A stretch of DNA of 63,478 nucleotides, the filler included. It is 6 parts of 6 records of this genome, joined end to end, with 100 filler letters (N's around TTAATTAATTAA, not from the genome) between each part and the next. Parts side by side here need not be neighbours in the genome. Positions count along the whole stretch, not along the records: positions 58,437 to 63,478 come from SRR20825006_1983; 5 more parts are not named here. One strand, 5' to 3'. This document shows, in pieces, positions 61,451 to 63,478 of this stretch. The translations under genes were made by a program, and so were the position numbers. A model generated the notes under the pieces. That model saw only the letters and a list, made by a program, of their open reading frames with translations. It ran no database searches and had not been told where the DNA came from. Numbering within the stretch: position 1 is the stretch's first letter; every line of letters starts with the position of its first letter.

Positions 61451-63478
61451 ATGTTTTCAAAAATTATCAACTTTAGTGTAAAGAACAAGTTCATTGTTCT
61501 TCTGTTTACAGCGGCCATAGCCCTTGTTGGGTTATTTTCGCTATCACAAATACCCATTGGTGCTGTACCCGATATCACCAATAACCAAGTACAGGTATTA
61601 ACCACTTCTAATCGTCTTTCCACACAGGACATGGAAAAGTTCGTCACCTATCCCGTTGAGTTGGAAATGGCGAACCTGCCCGGTGTAAAAGAAATAAGGT
61701 CGGTTTCCAAATTTGGCCTATCGGTGGTCACCATTGTCTTTGAGGACGATATGGGCACCTATCTGCCAAGACAGCTCATTGCCGAAAAGATAAAATCAGC
61801 ATCCAGTCGTATCCCAGAGGGTTTTGGTAGCCCAGAAATGGGACCAATTACCACTGGTCTGGGCGAAATCTATCAATATATTCTGGATGTTGAGCCCGAG
61901 TACAAGGACCAATACAATTCCACGGAGCTTAGGACCATTCAGGATTGGATTGTAAAACGTCAGCTTTCCGGTATTCCTGGTGTAGTCGAGGTAAATACTT
62001 GGGGGGGGCATCTTAAACAATACGAAGTTGCCATCCAGACCCAAAAGCTTAACGCTTTCAATATAACCGCAAGGGAGATTTTCACCGCATTGGAAAAAAA
62101 TAACAGTGTCACTGGTGGAGGTTATATTGAAAAAGTAAACCAAGCCTATTTTATTCGCGGGGAAGGTTTGGTGAGCAGCCTCAAGGACATCGAGAATATC
62201 GTCGTAACCACAAGGAACAGCATCCCTATATATATTAAGGATGTGGCCAAAGTTGGTTTTGGAAGCGCCCCCCGTTTTGGAGCCATCACTGGAAATGGAG
62301 AGGGCGAAAAAGTGCTCGGCCAGATCATGATGCTCAAGGATGCCGATTCCAAACGCGTTATCGAAGCGGTCAAAGAACGAGTGGCCGCCATCTCGGCATC
62401 GCTACCCGAAGGGGTTTACATCAACCCATTTTTGGACCGTAGCGAACTTATCGGAAGAACTACCTTCACGGTTACCGAGAACTTGGTGTTGGGTTGTTTG
62501 ATCGTGATTTTCGTGGTGGTCCTGTTGTTGGGCAACTGGCGGTCAGGACTTGTTGTAGCCTCCGTAATTCCGCTTTGTTTGCTTTTTGCCCTCACCTTAA
62601 TGAACATTTTTGGGGTCGATGCCAACTTGTTGAGCCTTGGGGCCATCGACTTTGGTATCATTATAGACGGAGCAGTCATCATAGTCGAGTACATTGCGTT
62701 TCAAATTACCCGACGGCAAACCGAACTTGTTAATCTGGACAAAGAAGCCACACAATCCATAAAGGATAAAATAACTGTGGAGGGAGCCACCAAAATGATG
62801 AACTCCGCCGTATTTGGACAGCTCATTATTTTGATTGTTTTCATTCCGATCCTATCACTCAGCGGTGTGGAAGGTAAAATGTTCAAACCCATGGCACTTA
62901 CCTTCAGTTTTGCCCTTTTGGGAGCTGTTTTGTTCTGCTTTACCTACGTGCCCGTGGCTTCCGCATTATTTTTAAAGCCCACCAAAGAATCGTCCAAGAA
63001 CATCTCCACCCGTTTGGTCAACTGGATCAACAAGCAATACGAGCCCGTTATCGAATGGGCCATGAAAAGCAAAAAATTGGTACTTTCCATCGCTGCGGCT
63101 TTGTTGGTCGGAGCCATTTTGCTGTTCTCCTCAATGGGTGGGGAATTTGTACCTACCCTGGACGAGGGTGATTTTGTGATTCAACCTGTATTAAAAACGG
63201 GGACTTCCTTGGCAAAGACCGTGGAGACGACCACCAAAATCGAAAAAATCCTCCTAGACCAATTTCCTGAAGTGAAACAGGTGGTAAGCCGTATCGGTGC
63301 AGCAGAAGTACCCACCGACCCCATGTCCATGGAGGAGAGCGATGTGATCATTTCCCTAAAACCTAAAGATGAATGGGTCTCTGCGGAAACCAAGGATGAA
63401 CTGGCCGACAAGTTTAAGGAAGCCCTAGCCGTGATACCTGGAATGGAAGTAGAATTTACCCAGCCCATTGAAATGCGC
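61451..63478 (+). CDS. CusA/CzcA family heavy-metal efflux RND transporter (runs off window; absent from ORF track)
   Basis: Manual translation: MFSKIINFSVKNK...IPIGAVPDITNNQVQV; RSVSKFGLSVVT; ANLLSLGAIDFGIIIDGAVIIVE; GVEGKMFKPMA; GGEFVPTLDEGD. Confidence 0.95.
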   Translation, partial: MFSKIINFSVKNKFIVLLFTAAIALVGLFSLSQIPIGAVPDITNNQVQVLTTSNRLSTQDMEKFVTYPVELEMANLPGVKEIRSVSKFGLSVVTIVFEDDMGTYLPRQLIAEKIKSASSRIPEGFGSPEMGPITTGLGEIYQYILDVEPEYKDQYNSTELRTIQDWIVKRQLSGIPGVVEVNTWGGHLKQYEVAIQTQKLNAFNITAREIFTALEKNNSVTGGGYIEKVNQAYFIRGEGLVSSLKDIENIVVTTRNSIPIYIKDVAKVGFGSAPRFGAITGNGEGEKVLGQIMMLKDADSKRVIEAVKERVAAISASLPEGVYINPFLDRSELIGRTTFTVTENLVLGCLIVIFVVVLLLGNWRSGLVVASVIPLCLLFALTLMNIFGVDANLLSLGAIDFGIIIDGAVIIVEYIAFQITRRQTELVNLDKEATQSIKDKITVEGATKMMNSAVFGQLIILIVFIPILSLSGVEGKMFKPMALTFSFALLGAVLFCFTYVPVASALFLKPTKESSKNISTRLVNWINKQYEPVIEWAMKSKKLVLSIAAALLVGAILLFSSMGGEFVPTLDEGDFVIQPVLKTGTSLAKTVETTTKIEKILLDQFPEVKQVVSRIGAAEVPTDPMSMEESDVIISLKPKDEWVSAETKDELADKFKEALAVIPGMEVEFTQPIEMR

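Noticed and set aside
61444-61476. Tiny ORF from ATG 61444 overlapping the cusA start
   Set aside because: Ten codons, out of frame, and its ATG is part of the stem arm; no independent support

Overview
This is not one locus. It is six unrelated contigs joined by 100-bp artificial spacers (44 N + TTAATTAATTAA + 44 N); taxa below are inferred from gene content and composition only. (1) 1-14638, Rhodopirellula-like planctomycete: Tat-exported DUF3500-like protein, D-aminoacylase/serine-hydrolase fusion, orphan FAAL-ACP, GT-C-like membrane protein, MATE, acnA, membrane spermidine synthase, short REP-like repeats. (2) 14739-29536 and (3) 29637-42903, high-GC Myxococcota/Bradymonadales-like: msrA, beta-helix lipoprotein, M28 peptidase, MscS, metallophosphoesterase, AgmX/PglI-domain protein, long EcsC, CRTAC1-like protein, Bor, glpK, C45 peptidase, and a ~3000-aa Cys-rich lipoprotein with five ~364-aa tandem repeats. 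(4) 43004-48083, Rhodobacteraceae-like: two cyclophilins, pgk, ftsB, an RTX-type gene interposed before pdhA. (5) 48184-58336, Thalassospira-like: mmsA/LysR, a decayed FAH-family remnant, a 2-hydroxyacid dehydrogenase and a truncated NRPS with the odd order C-T-T-AT-C-A (no first A domain, no KS). (6) 58437-63478, Flavobacteriaceae-like: BNR/VPS10 protein, His-rich small ORF and a CusA/CzcA RND pump. There are two main candidates for new biology. The first is the His-rich leader ORF ending in FQPP, whose stop codon starts an RNA stem that pairs with the cusA initiation region (a putative metal-sensing ribosome-stalling switch). The second is the KS-less AT embedded in the NRPS.
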